In this document: piece after piece, positions 17,915 through 25,817 of the stretch | Layout: each line of letters starts with the position of its first letter | How positions within the stretch are numbered: the first letter of the stretch is position 1 | IMG/VR virus record: IMGVR_UViG_3300020044_008920 | Span: 1 to 30,792 of that record | From: a virus | Lineage: Duplodnaviria > Caudoviricetes | Direction: 5' to 3' (one strand) | DNA length: 30,792 nucleotides | Position numbers and translations under genes: made by a program | The notes under the pieces: generated by a model | What the model was told of the DNA's origin: nothing | The model's input: only the letters and a program-made list of their open reading frames with translations | Database searches by the model: none

Positions 17915-18411
17915 GTGCATTTACAGAAGCCCTCGTTAGCATCGCCCTTACCGAAGTCGGCACTAAGGAAGTCGGCGCATCAAATCGCGGCCCTCGTGTT
18001 GACCAGTACCAGCGAGCTAGTTGGTTGGATGATGACAAAGATTGGGGTGCATGGTGTGCCACCTTTATGTGCTGGTGCATCCGCGAGGCCATGAAGGCAA
18101 CCGGCACGAAGGAAACCGCTGGCTTCAAACGTCCGCGCACGGCAGGCGCATGGGATTTTGAGCGGTGGTCGTTGGCTCAAGATTCGAGCACAGCCACGCG
18201 CAAGCCAGCGGGTCGTGACATTCAACGGGGCGATTTGGTGATTTTCACTTTCTCCCACATCGGCATCGCTCAAGAAGCGCCCGATAAAAAGGGCAATTTC
18301 AGAACGGTAGAGGGCAATTCCAATTCTAAAGGCTCGCGCACAGGCGGCATGGTCTGCGAAGGCGTGCGCAATATCTCGCAGGTGCGCAGTCGTATCAGGT
18401 TCACGATCTAG
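17911..18411 (+). CDS. Endolysin, CHAP-domain amidase/peptidase
   Basis: AWCATF (catalytic Cys), GDLVIF, SHIGI (catalytic His), TVEGN. Confidence 0.88.
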   Translation: MSAFTEALVSIALTEVGTKEVGASNRGPRVDQYQRASWLDDDKDWGAWCATFMCWCIREAMKATGTKETAGFKRPRTAGAWDFERWSLAQDSSTATRKPAGRDIQRGDLVIFTFSHIGIAQEAPDKKGNFRTVEGNSNSKGSRTGGMVCEGVRNISQVRSRIRFTI

Positions 18412-18421
18412 ATTCGATGGA

Positions 18422-18450
18422 TTGCCAAGGTGGCTATTCAGGCATATTAT
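18422..18450 (+). promoter_or_regulatory. Sigma70-type promoter
   Basis: TTGCCA (18422-18427), 17-bp spacer, TATTAT (18445-18450); 11 nt upstream of the ATG at 18462. Confidence 0.7.
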
Positions 18451-18461
18451 GATGTCCGCTT

Positions 18462-18983
18462 ATGACTTCAGACATCATCGAAATAACATACTCTAGTAAG
18501 CCAACATCATTGGCGCACCTTGGATGCCAGCATGGAGGCGCAATGTGCGAAAGCATTAAATGGCACGAGGAGCGCGTCACGGTGGAAACGTGGCGCATTG
18601 GCACGTTTGACCCGTCAATCTACCCTTTACTTGCAAAAATGCCGCTTGAAGTTTGGTGCGATTATGGCAAGCGTCCAGACCCGCCAACGGGCGACGAAAT
18701 GGCGTATTTCGCCCAGGAGCTAGAGCGCGAGATGCAATGGCAGGCCATCGCGACCGCGCCAAAAGATGGCCGCGATATTCTCGTCGGCTACGACTTCGCT
18801 AGCGTTTGGGTCGTGCATGTGGCATTTTGGCGAGACTGCGATGCGTTCAACGATCCTCTGCCAGCAGGGCATGATGGCATTGGTTGGTGGAGTTACATCG
18901 CCGACTCGGTGACACAAACGAAGCTCAACAACGACAACGCACCGACGCACTGGATGCCGCTACCGAAGCTGCCGAACGAATGA
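18462..18983 (+). CDS. Hypothetical protein with C-terminal DUF551-like domain (moron-like)
   Basis: WQAIATAPKDGRDIL...PTHWMPLPKLP is the DUF551 signature; the N-terminal ~90 aa is unrecognised. Confidence 0.7.
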   Translation: MTSDIIEITYSSKPTSLAHLGCQHGGAMCESIKWHEERVTVETWRIGTFDPSIYPLLAKMPLEVWCDYGKRPDPPTGDEMAYFAQELEREMQWQAIATAPKDGRDILVGYDFASVWVVHVAFWRDCDAFNDPLPAGHDGIGWWSYIADSVTQTKLNNDNAPTHWMPLPKLPNE

Positions 18984-19000
18984 GGAAATACCACGCAAAA

Positions 19001-19229
19001 GCACAATCTGCCACGATATGAACTTGTGCCGAATTGTGCGAATCTTTGTGCGTTTTGCCTTGGTCACTAGTGAGTGTGTAAAATCCCCTTAGCTCCACCC
19101 TGCCTTTTTCATGGGTCAAACCATGCCCAAAACCGGGCGGGAAAAGCAAGATTTGCCTTCGTAAACCGGCTTTTGCCCCACAAGTTCACATTTTTACAGC
19201 AAAAAGCGCATAAGATGCTAGTTTTGTGC
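19001..19229. mobile_element. Candidate attP; core AAATCCCCTTAGCTCCACC (19081-19099) resembles a tRNA-Ala 3' end
   Basis: Non-coding gap next to the integrase. Core reads as T-loop end, T-stem, acceptor strand TAGCTCC-A-CC. TTGTGC repeats at 19024, 19034, 19046, 19224 and inverted at 19001 are candidate arm-type sites. Confidence 0.7.
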
Positions 19230-19237
19230 AATTCTTT

Positions 19238-20368
19238 ATGGCATCCGTTTTCCAGCGCTCAGGCTCAAAATTGTGGATCGCATCGGCCCGGCTATGGGAC
19301 GCGAGCAAGGGGAGGTTCGTGCATGTGTCCAGATCGACCGGCACACGAGACAAAGCGGCGGCGATGGGCATTGCTGCCTCGCTGGAGCAAGCAAGCGGAG
19401 CGTGTCGGGCTGGAACCATGACGCGAGACAAGGCGCTGGAACTGGTCAACGATGTTCTAAGGCTGGCTGGCATGGCCGATGTCGTGCCGGTTCCATCCTT
19501 GCGAATCGTTGCCGAGGCGTTTCTAGCCGACGCAGACGTATCAGCAGGCACCTTGAGGAAATACACGGCGCAATGGCAAAAACTCGCCAAATGGGCAGGA
19601 AAGCGGGCAGACGAGCCGATCACGGCATGGGCGGTTGATGACATGCAGGACTTTTACAAGGACGTGAGGAAGCGTTTCAGCGGCACCACGGCTGACGATC
19701 ACCTGAATTTCGCCTCGATGGTTTTTGTGCGGGCGGTTGAGCGCGGACACCGGCCAACGAATCCGACCAAAAGCGTGACGAGGAAAGCGACGGGCGCAGT
19801 CGAAAAAGGCACGTTCAGCCGCTCCGAGGTTGCGGCAGTTCTTCGAGCAGTCCGCAAGGGGGCGCATCGCAAAGCGTGGCAATGCCTAATCTCGCTCGGC
19901 TGGCACACTGGTCACAGAATCCAAGACCTTTTGGACGTAACAGCGTCGAGCATCGAAGGCGATTTATTGTCGCTGCAACCGAGGAAGAAAGCAAAGCGCG
20001 GAGGGCGCACGGTTGTCCTTCCCCTGCCCCGCTGGCTTGCCGCGATGGTAAAGTGCCAGGGAGACTTCAAGTCGTTACACCACGCCAACAACCGAAATGG
20101 AAAAGTAAGCGAGGATTTTGTCGCGTGGCTGCGCAAGGCAGGCATCGACCCGTTGCCGATCAAGCGCGGCGTGCGAGTGGTGCATTTGAAATCGTTTCAC
20201 TCGTTCCGTCACTCGATGCAATCGCGGCTCACGGCGGCGGGAGTCACGGGAGAAATGGCGCGGCTCGTCACAGATCACGAGGACGCCAAGGTTGCCCGCA
20301 AGTACGTTCACGCCGAGATTCAAGCCTTGCGCGAGGCTTTGACTGCGGCACGGCTTCGCAAGTCGTGA
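19238..20368 (+). CDS. int: Tyrosine recombinase / phage integrase
   Basis: Catalytic set present: TGHRIQD (R), PRKK (K), HSFRH (H-x-x-R), TDHED...KYVH (H, Y); adjacent to the candidate attP. Confidence 0.92.
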   Translation: MASVFQRSGSKLWIASARLWDASKGRFVHVSRSTGTRDKAAAMGIAASLEQASGACRAGTMTRDKALELVNDVLRLAGMADVVPVPSLRIVAEAFLADADVSAGTLRKYTAQWQKLAKWAGKRADEPITAWAVDDMQDFYKDVRKRFSGTTADDHLNFASMVFVRAVERGHRPTNPTKSVTRKATGAVEKGTFSRSEVAAVLRAVRKGAHRKAWQCLISLGWHTGHRIQDLLDVTASSIEGDLLSLQPRKKAKRGGRTVVLPLPRWLAAMVKCQGDFKSLHHANNRNGKVSEDFVAWLRKAGIDPLPIKRGVRVVHLKSFHSFRHSMQSRLTAAGVTGEMARLVTDHEDAKVARKYVHAEIQALREALTAARLRKS

Positions 20369-20505
20369 GCCTGGCAATGCGTCCAAAGGCAAAGCTCAAC
20401 AAGAGAGGAAAGCGAGCGATGCTCAATCTTGGCTTGTCGTTTCGCAGCCTTCAAAACGGCGCTGTCAATGGTAACAGAAGTGTTCGCTTTGCGCAGTGCT
20501 GGCAT
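20320..20505 (-). CDS. Ribbon-helix-helix-like DNA-binding protein (RHH-1)
   Basis: KANTSVTIDSAVLKAAKRQAKIEHRSLSSLVELCL fits the CopG/Arc pattern; TATAAT on the minus strand (20516-20521) ends 10 nt upstream of the start. Confidence 0.7.
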   Translation of the reverse strand: MPALRKANTSVTIDSAVLKAAKRQAKIEHRSLSSLVELCLWTHCQAHDLRSRAAVKASRKA

Positions 20506-20650
20506 GATGTGGCACATTATACATTTGTGGATTTATGCAAATGAGAACTTGCGCCGGGTTAACCCGTGTTTTTTCTTTTCGCCCCATGAATACAACCATA
20601 TCCGACTTGCTCGTTGGTTTGAGTGCCGTTTTGCTTTCGCGCCGCCGCCG

Positions 20651-20827
20651 TTATGATTTGGCCTTGGGGTGTTCTCCTGGCCTTGGCTGCTCTTGCGCTA
20701 TCCATCGCAGATAATCCGCAAGGTTGCTAAACCCTGCGGCTTTATATGCCTGTTGTAATAGGGCTTTTTCTTCATCGCTCGCCCAAAACGTGACGAGCTT
20801 TTTGTTTGGGTCGTGTGGTCCGCTCAT
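20651..20827 (-). CDS. Ribbon-helix-helix-like DNA-binding protein (RHH-2), candidate repressor
   Basis: KKLVTFWASDEEKALLQQAYKAAGFSNLADYLRWIA fits an RHH/MobC-like pattern; divergent from the early operon; alternative start at 20833. Confidence 0.7.
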   Translation of the reverse strand: MSGPHDPNKKLVTFWASDEEKALLQQAYKAAGFSNLADYLRWIAQEQPRPGEHPKAKS

Positions 20828-20829
20828 GG

Positions 20830-20906
20830 ACATATATACGCACGATTAAAAAATGATCAAATTTTACTTGCAGGCGTATATACGCTCGTTTAATGCGTAT
20901 ATACGC
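20830..20906. promoter_or_regulatory. Three palindromic operators GCGTATATACGC in the divergent control region
   Basis: Perfect copies at 20874-20885 and 20895-20906; 10/12 copy ACATATATACGC at 20830-20841. Confidence 0.8.
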
Positions 20907-20926
20907 CCTTAACCAACAACGTGCAC

Positions 20927-21109
20927 ATGCCCCATATCTCAGTACTCATCGACAGGGAATCAGACGAGCTAATTCAGGCTCTCGCCACCAAAGAGCGCCG
21001 CTCTAAACGTGAGCAACTGGCGTTTTCTGCCATCGCCCACGCCCGCAGTATTCTGCCGGATTTCACCGCATCTAAGCCATCCAAGAAGAAAGGAGGCAAG
21101 GCCAAGTGA
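20927..21109 (+). CDS. Arc-like ribbon-helix-helix protein (RHH-3), Cro-equivalent by position
   Basis: PHISVLIDRESDELIQALATKERRSKREQLAF resembles Arc/Mnt (strand, helix, RS..., helix); first gene of the early operon. Confidence 0.7.
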   Translation: MPHISVLIDRESDELIQALATKERRSKREQLAFSAIAHARSILPDFTASKPSKKKGGKAK

Positions 21110-21345
21110 AAACACCGATCGCCACACTCCTAGAACGCGCATCCGTCGCGTTGCCGCCACAAAGGCCAAGCCGCTCAAGCTGGAGGCCGTTTGCTCCGGT
21201 TGTTAAGCAGCTAATCAGCAACGGCCACACGGTTCTTTCCAGCGTCGATTGGTTGATCGACCAACGAGAAGTTAAAACCACCGACAGAATCAAAGCCTAT
21301 CGCTCACTCCTTGCCCTACTGAAACGCCATGAAACTCAAAAATAA
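21106..21345 (+). CDS. Hypothetical protein, possibly DNA-binding
   Basis: 79-aa basic ORF with a GTGA overlap with the upstream stop. Confidence 0.55.
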   Translation: MKTPIATLLERASVALPPQRPSRSSWRPFAPVVKQLISNGHTVLSSVDWLIDQREVKTTDRIKAYRSLLALLKRHETQK

Positions 21346-21472
21346 ATACCGCCTCCCTCACGAGTCCATCGCCGGTGATGACCTGCCTTTCTGGCATGAG
21401 CTTATTCGCCTCGGCATCTTCCTCGGTGCCATCTTCGTCCTAGCCTTCGCCCTCTTTGGCGCGGGTCGTTAA
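21329..21472 (+). CDS. Small membrane protein (47 aa, not in ORF track)
   Basis: MKLKNKYRLPHESIAGDDLPFWHELIRLGIFLGAIFVLAFALFGAGR has a clear C-terminal TM helix and fills the gap. Confidence 0.55.
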   Translation: MKLKNKYRLPHESIAGDDLPFWHELIRLGIFLGAIFVLAFALFGAGR

Positions 21473-21496
21473 TACCACGTTCTAGCACTTCCTAAT

Positions 21497-21667
21497 ATGA
21501 TACGCACTGCTTCAATTCAACCCCTCAAACGCTCGCCCGTGGCTGGCATGGCTTACCGCTATGCCGTCCGCATTCCAGGCTTCGAGCGCCGAATCCTCGT
21601 TACCACAAAGGACGATGCTTTTCGTGCACTTGGCAACTCAACCACCACACGCCCGCATGACTCCTGA
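21497..21667 (+). CDS. Small hypothetical protein (56 aa, not in ORF track)
   Basis: MIRTASIQPLKRSPVAGMAYRYAVRIPGFERRILVTTKDDAFRALGNSTTTRPHDS fills the gap and overlaps the next start. Confidence 0.45.
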   Translation: MIRTASIQPLKRSPVAGMAYRYAVRIPGFERRILVTTKDDAFRALGNSTTTRPHDS

Positions 21668-22064
21668 ACAACTATTGCACAAGCTCAAGCCTAGCCACCG
21701 CGACAACGCAGCAATCGAGCAAATCCGCGCTCATGCCTGCGAACTTCAAACACTCATCGACGCCGCACATTTGGCGCTTTGTGAAATCTACGAACCTGAC
21801 GACCTCGGCAAAAACGACCTAGTTGATTGGGCGGGGCATTCGCCGCTTCAGATCGAATATGCCACAGACAGGAAGGGCGTATTTGAACTCGTATCCATTC
21901 GCGTCCGTGGTGCCGATCTTCCGAGCGACTGCTTAGACGAGAGGATGTGGATATACGCACGGGAAGAGGTGGAGCGCTGGAATCTCCAAAACGGAATCGA
22001 GCGCGAGGAATTGCGGGCAGATCACATGCGCGACCTTAAACGCGATGAAAGGATGGAAGCATGA
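21657..22064 (+). CDS. Hypothetical protein
   Basis: 135 aa from MTPEQLL; ATGA overlap with the next gene. Confidence 0.6.
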   Translation: MTPEQLLHKLKPSHRDNAAIEQIRAHACELQTLIDAAHLALCEIYEPDDLGKNDLVDWAGHSPLQIEYATDRKGVFELVSIRVRGADLPSDCLDERMWIYAREEVERWNLQNGIEREELRADHMRDLKRDERMEA

Positions 22065-22372
22065 GTGCAACAAAGCGCGATTATAGCAAGCCTAAGCAAG
22101 TGCCGAGCATGTTTCATGGCGACGGCAAGCACATCCGCTTAACCATGATCGACGTTCAAAGGCTACTTGCCGACGAGCCGACCATTGCAGACTTCAACGA
22201 CCTGCGAGCAAAGAACCTGCTCCCGAAGCTGCAGAAACGCTTCTCACAATACCTCCGCAAAGGGGGCCAAGTCTCCACCGCCGAGTGTGCATTTTGGATG
22301 CTCGAAACCTCGGAAACCTTTCAGAAAATCAAGGGAGCGCAATGCACCCCGTTCCTTCAATGCCTACGCTAA
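22061..22372 (+). CDS. Hypothetical protein
   Basis: 103 aa, coupled to neighbours. Confidence 0.55.
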   Translation: MSATKRDYSKPKQVPSMFHGDGKHIRLTMIDVQRLLADEPTIADFNDLRAKNLLPKLQKRFSQYLRKGGQVSTAECAFWMLETSETFQKIKGAQCTPFLQCLR

Positions 22373-22376
22373 TTTT

Positions 22377-23225
22377 ATGTCCGACACAACCAACACACTA
22401 GCCGTCACACCGGCACCCAAAGCATCCGCCCTGCAACTCATGGCGAGCAAGTATTCAGTCGAGCCGAAAAAGCTACTCGACACGCTGAAAAACACCGTCT
22501 TTCGAGGCGCAACCGATGACGAGCTTGTCGCCCTCGTCGTCGTGGCAAACGAATACGGGCTAAATCCACTGTGCAAAGAAATCTACGCATTCCCGGCTAA
22601 AGGCGGCGGCATCGTGCCGGTCGTCTCCATCGACGGTTGGATTCGCATGATGAACGACCACCCGCAGTTCGACGGGATCGAATACGAAGAGCTTCTTACC
22701 GATGGCAAACTGGCGGCAATCACAGCCATCATTTACCGCAAGGATCGTGGGCATCCAACAAGGGTGACAGAATGGCTTAGTGAGTGCCGCCGCAACACCG
22801 AGCCTTGGAAGATGGAACATCGCATGCTACGCCACAAGGCGACGATCCAAGGCGCTCGTGTGGCCTTTGGCTTCTCAGGCATTACTGACGAGGACGAGGC
22901 GCAGGCAACGCCAGGACTCGCACGGGACGTTACACCAAAAGCCGCCCGCGCCGTTCCCCTTGACCCCTTCACGCTTCCTGCCGCCGAGGTGGTCGAGCGG
23001 ATTGAACCAGCCAAAGACGAACCGGAAAACAACGGCGCACTTCTCGACCTGCTCGACGCAATCGAGGCCGCGAATAGTGCCGCCGAACTTACGACCTGCG
23101 CCACACAGTGCGCGGAGATCGAAAACGAAGCGCATCGCACGATGGCTAAAAAGGCAGTCGTGGAAAAAGCGAAGGCGCTGGAATGCGTCTGGAACAAGGC
23201 AACCGCTCAATACCTGCCGACATGA
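22377..23225 (+). CDS. bet: Single-strand annealing protein, lambda Red-beta (Bet/RecT) family
   Basis: YGLNPLCKEIYAFPAKGGGIVPVVSIDGWIRMMNDHPQFDG and PW....RMLRHKATIQGARVAFGFSGI.DEDEA closely resemble lambda Bet. Confidence 0.93.
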   Translation: MSDTTNTLAVTPAPKASALQLMASKYSVEPKKLLDTLKNTVFRGATDDELVALVVVANEYGLNPLCKEIYAFPAKGGGIVPVVSIDGWIRMMNDHPQFDGIEYEELLTDGKLAAITAIIYRKDRGHPTRVTEWLSECRRNTEPWKMEHRMLRHKATIQGARVAFGFSGITDEDEAQATPGLARDVTPKAARAVPLDPFTLPAAEVVERIEPAKDEPENNGALLDLLDAIEAANSAAELTTCATQCAEIENEAHRTMAKKAVVEKAKALECVWNKATAQYLPT

Positions 23226-23461
23226 ACAATCCAACAATCAACGACGGCGGTCCTGCGTTTCCTATTCCAACCGAATTTATGACGACAGAACATCAAGGCA
23301 TGACCCTCCGCGACTACTTCGCTGGGCAAACTGCTGTGGCCTTAGCGACGCCGCAGGCAATAACCTTGATCGGCCAGAAGCGAATGACATCCCTTCAATT
23401 GGCAACGGCTTGCTATGACTTCGCAGACGCCATGATCGCAGCGCGGGAGGGGGAGCCATGA
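23222..23461 (+). CDS. Conserved phage hypothetical protein
   Basis: NDGGPAFP...GMTLRDYFAGQ...YDFADAMIAAR is a common small phage protein pattern. Confidence 0.75.
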   Translation: MNNPTINDGGPAFPIPTEFMTTEHQGMTLRDYFAGQTAVALATPQAITLIGQKRMTSLQLATACYDFADAMIAAREGEP

Positions 23462-23547
23462 ACGACGAAACCTCACCGATTCCCGCATGGCTGGCACTAG
23501 CTGCCGTCACCGTCGCAATCTACATCCTCATTTATTCGCACTTATGA
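23458..23547 (+). CDS. Tiny TM peptide (29 aa, not in ORF track)
   Basis: MNDETSPIPAWLALAAVTVAIYILIYSHL; ATGA overlaps at both ends. Confidence 0.5.
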   Translation: MNDETSPIPAWLALAAVTVAIYILIYSHL

Positions 23548-24257
23548 AAATTCACCAAGGCTTTGCCCAAGGCTCAGAAGAATGGTTTGCCCTCCGCCGC
23601 GGTCGAGCCACAGCCAGTAACTTCAAAAAGATCATAACCCCGGCCAAGGGTGAATACAGCAAGCAGGCAGCGAGCTACATGCGCGACCTGCTCGTGGAGT
23701 GCTTCACGCCAGATTACGCCAAGTTTCTCGGTAACTACTGGACGGACAGAGGAACAGAAATGGAACCGGAGGCCCGCAAAGCATTCGAGGCGCACACTGG
23801 CCTTGCGACCGATCAAGTAGCATTCGTTACCGCTGACCGCTGGAAGCATGTAGTCGGCTGCTCGCCTGATTCGCTCATCAAGAATGAGGCTGGCGAATAC
23901 GTTGCAGGCTTGGAAATCAAATGTCCGTCGCCGTTCACGCATGCCGAATATATAGAAGATGGCGTTCTGCCCGACGAGTACAAGACGCAGGTTCACGGCT
24001 CCATGCTCGTGACCGGCCTGGATGAATGGCACTTTTGGTCATACTTCCCAGGACTCGCGCCCTTCCATCTCATTGTTCAACGCGACGAGTTCACCGCAAA
24101 GATGGAGGCGGCGATTGATCGGTTCATCCTCGAATATGGCGCTTATCGCGAGCGCATGACCCCGAAGTTACAACTCAAAGTCTCCCGCTATGCCCGCCGC
24201 TTTGTGGTCGTGGCAGAAAACAAAATGCAGGCGGAAAACTCGATCACCGGACTATGA
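23544..24257 (+). CDS. YqaJ / lambda exonuclease family nuclease
   Basis: QGSEEWFALRRGRATAS, RGTEMEPEAR, GCSPDSLI, LEIKCP, YKTQVHGSM; lies near bet. Confidence 0.92.
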   Translation: MKIHQGFAQGSEEWFALRRGRATASNFKKIITPAKGEYSKQAASYMRDLLVECFTPDYAKFLGNYWTDRGTEMEPEARKAFEAHTGLATDQVAFVTADRWKHVVGCSPDSLIKNEAGEYVAGLEIKCPSPFTHAEYIEDGVLPDEYKTQVHGSMLVTGLDEWHFWSYFPGLAPFHLIVQRDEFTAKMEAAIDRFILEYGAYRERMTPKLQLKVSRYARRFVVVAENKMQAENSITGL

Positions 24258-24646
24258 GCTTACCCGCCAAATTCAACCGTTTTGCCAAACACAAACGCCG
24301 CGCCCCCGGCGAGCGCAACAAGGTCGAAGCCGCTTACGAGGCGCATCTCGACTTGTTGCACAGGGCTGGAGAAATCGACGGCTTCAAGTTCGAGGGTATC
24401 AAACTCAAACTTGCCGACAACACGCACTTCACGCCCGACTTCATCGTCTATGCTCAAGACGGCGTTGTTGAACTCCACGACACTAAAGGCACGACCAAGA
24501 AGCTACGAGCGGGCGGCATTAAGGAGGCTGCACCTTGGATCGAAGAAGATGCCAAGCTCAAACTCAAGATAGTTGCCGAGCAATTCCCTTTCCGAGTCTT
24601 TGCCGTCTTTAAGACAAGCGAAGGCTGGCAAAAACAGCAGTTCTAA
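24254..24646 (+). CDS. PD-(D/E)XK nuclease, DUF1064-like
   Basis: FTPDFIVY...VELHDTKG...AKLKLKIVAEQFPF. Confidence 0.7.
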   Translation: MSLPAKFNRFAKHKRRAPGERNKVEAAYEAHLDLLHRAGEIDGFKFEGIKLKLADNTHFTPDFIVYAQDGVVELHDTKGTTKKLRAGGIKEAAPWIEEDAKLKLKIVAEQFPFRVFAVFKTSEGWQKQQF

Positions 24647-24673
24647 CCTCAAGCCCACATACCACATACCACC

Positions 24674-24982
24674 ATGAAAGAGCACAACATAAGCAACGAA
24701 CGCCTCGCGCAAATCGCGACCGAGGCGGCGAACAAACTCCCCGAACTCATCGCCGAGCGCGAACGGGAAATCTTGAAAGACTACCATGACGCAGTTGAAC
24801 TGGCGCACGAGGAAGCAAGCGACAAGCTGCCGAAGCTGAAACTGGCCTTTAGCATGGAATACGACCTCTCGACTCAAGGCTTGACCGTTGCCGTCAAGTG
24901 GACGGTTCAACGCAAAATCAGCGACACGATCCAGATTGAAGACCCGAATCAAACAACAATGAAACTGGAGGTGGTGAAGTAA
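24674..24982 (+). CDS. Hypothetical protein
   Basis: 102-aa ORF with an A/C-rich leader. Confidence 0.6.
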   Translation: MKEHNISNERLAQIATEAANKLPELIAEREREILKDYHDAVELAHEEASDKLPKLKLAFSMEYDLSTQGLTVAVKWTVQRKISDTIQIEDPNQTTMKLEVVK

Positions 24983-24986
24983 CTTT

Positions 24987-25295
24987 ATGGCTCGACCGAT
25001 CAAAATCAAAATCAACGTTACGAAGATTCTCAAGCAGTACATCTTCGAGGGTAAAAATGGGAAGTATCTCAACCTCGTGGCATGGCCGAACAAAAACGGT
25101 ACAGGGCAATTTGGCGACACGCATTTTGTGGTTCAAGACCTGCCGAAAGAGGCGAGAGACGAAGGCATACAAGCTCCGATCCTTGGCAACCTCACAATGC
25201 CAGAAGATGAAGCGCCGCGCCAAACGGCACGACCTGCGCCGCGTCCGAATGCGGCAATGCCAGCGGCATCCGAAGACGACGAAATACCCTGGTAA
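24987..25295 (+). CDS. Putative single-stranded DNA-binding protein
   Basis: Beta-rich N-terminus (IKINVTKI, GKNGKYLNL), Pro/Ala linker and SSB-type acidic tail EDDEIPW. Confidence 0.65.
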   Translation: MARPIKIKINVTKILKQYIFEGKNGKYLNLVAWPNKNGTGQFGDTHFVVQDLPKEARDEGIQAPILGNLTMPEDEAPRQTARPAPRPNAAMPAASEDDEIPW

Positions 25296-25315
25296 AGCAA
25301 ATACCACATCCTACC

Positions 25316-25594
25316 ATGAACTACCCTACGACCCCAGGCCACCAAGCCACAGACACGAGCCGAGATGCGGCACCAGATCGCGAGTCCGCAGCCATTATCC
25401 GGCTGCGCGTGCTGCGACACTTTGCAGATCACGGCCCCATGACCGCCGACGAATGCGCGAGCCGCATGGGACTCTCGATCTTGACCGTGCGACCACGTTG
25501 TACGGAGCTAAAGCTGACACAGCGCCTAGCCGATACTGGCAAGCGCAGAACCAACCAATCCGGCAAACGTGCCGCCGTGCTACAACTCGCTTAA
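25316..25594 (+). CDS. Winged-helix DNA-binding protein
   Basis: GPMTADECASRMGLSILTVRPRCTEL...LADTGKRR.NQSGKRA.V. Confidence 0.7.
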   Translation: MNYPTTPGHQATDTSRDAAPDRESAAIIRLRVLRHFADHGPMTADECASRMGLSILTVRPRCTELKLTQRLADTGKRRTNQSGKRAAVLQLA

Positions 25595-25598
25595 GACC

Positions 25599-25817
25599 AT
25601 GACGAAGAAACAACATAAGAATCCACGCTTGCGGCTCATCCGCCTTGTTATGCAACTCAGCGATACAAAGCATAATCGCAAGGTTATGGATCGTGTGCAA
25701 TTAGCCGCTCAAAACAGTGCTGTTCAGTCGCCATACGCATCCATTAAGCGCGAGAATGTTACAATCGCTCAACTTCTAACAACCGGCGAACGCAACCCGC
25801 AAAAGGAGGAAAGCTAA
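25599..25817 (+). CDS. Hypothetical protein
   Basis: 72-aa basic ORF; TAATG overlap with the next gene. Confidence 0.5.
   Translation: MTKKQHKNPRLRLIRLVMQLSDTKHNRKVMDRVQLAAQNSAVQSPYASIKRENVTIAQLLTTGERNPQKEES

Noticed and set aside
18971-18983. GCCGAAC at the end of the DUF551-like gene as a further attC-like site
   Set aside because: I found no complementary GTTCGGC arm or L boxes downstream; at most a remnant.
19040-19100. A tRNA gene
   Set aside because: Only the 3' ~19 nt look like tRNA; there is no GGGGCTA 5' strand, D arm or anticodon arm. Treated as an att core.
19238-20368. Integrase as an integron IntI serving the attC-like array
   Set aside because: No recognisable IntI-specific insertion, it sits beside a tRNA-type attP, and it is about 9 kb from the array. 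An HMM search would be decisive.
21951-21961. ATATACGCACG, matching part of the third operator
   Set aside because: It is not palindromic, lies inside a CDS and is far from any evident promoter; probably chance.
22167-22376. 70-aa N-terminal extension of Bet given in the ORF track
   Set aside because: It overlaps the 22061-22372 gene; the Bet-like sequence begins at ATG 22377.
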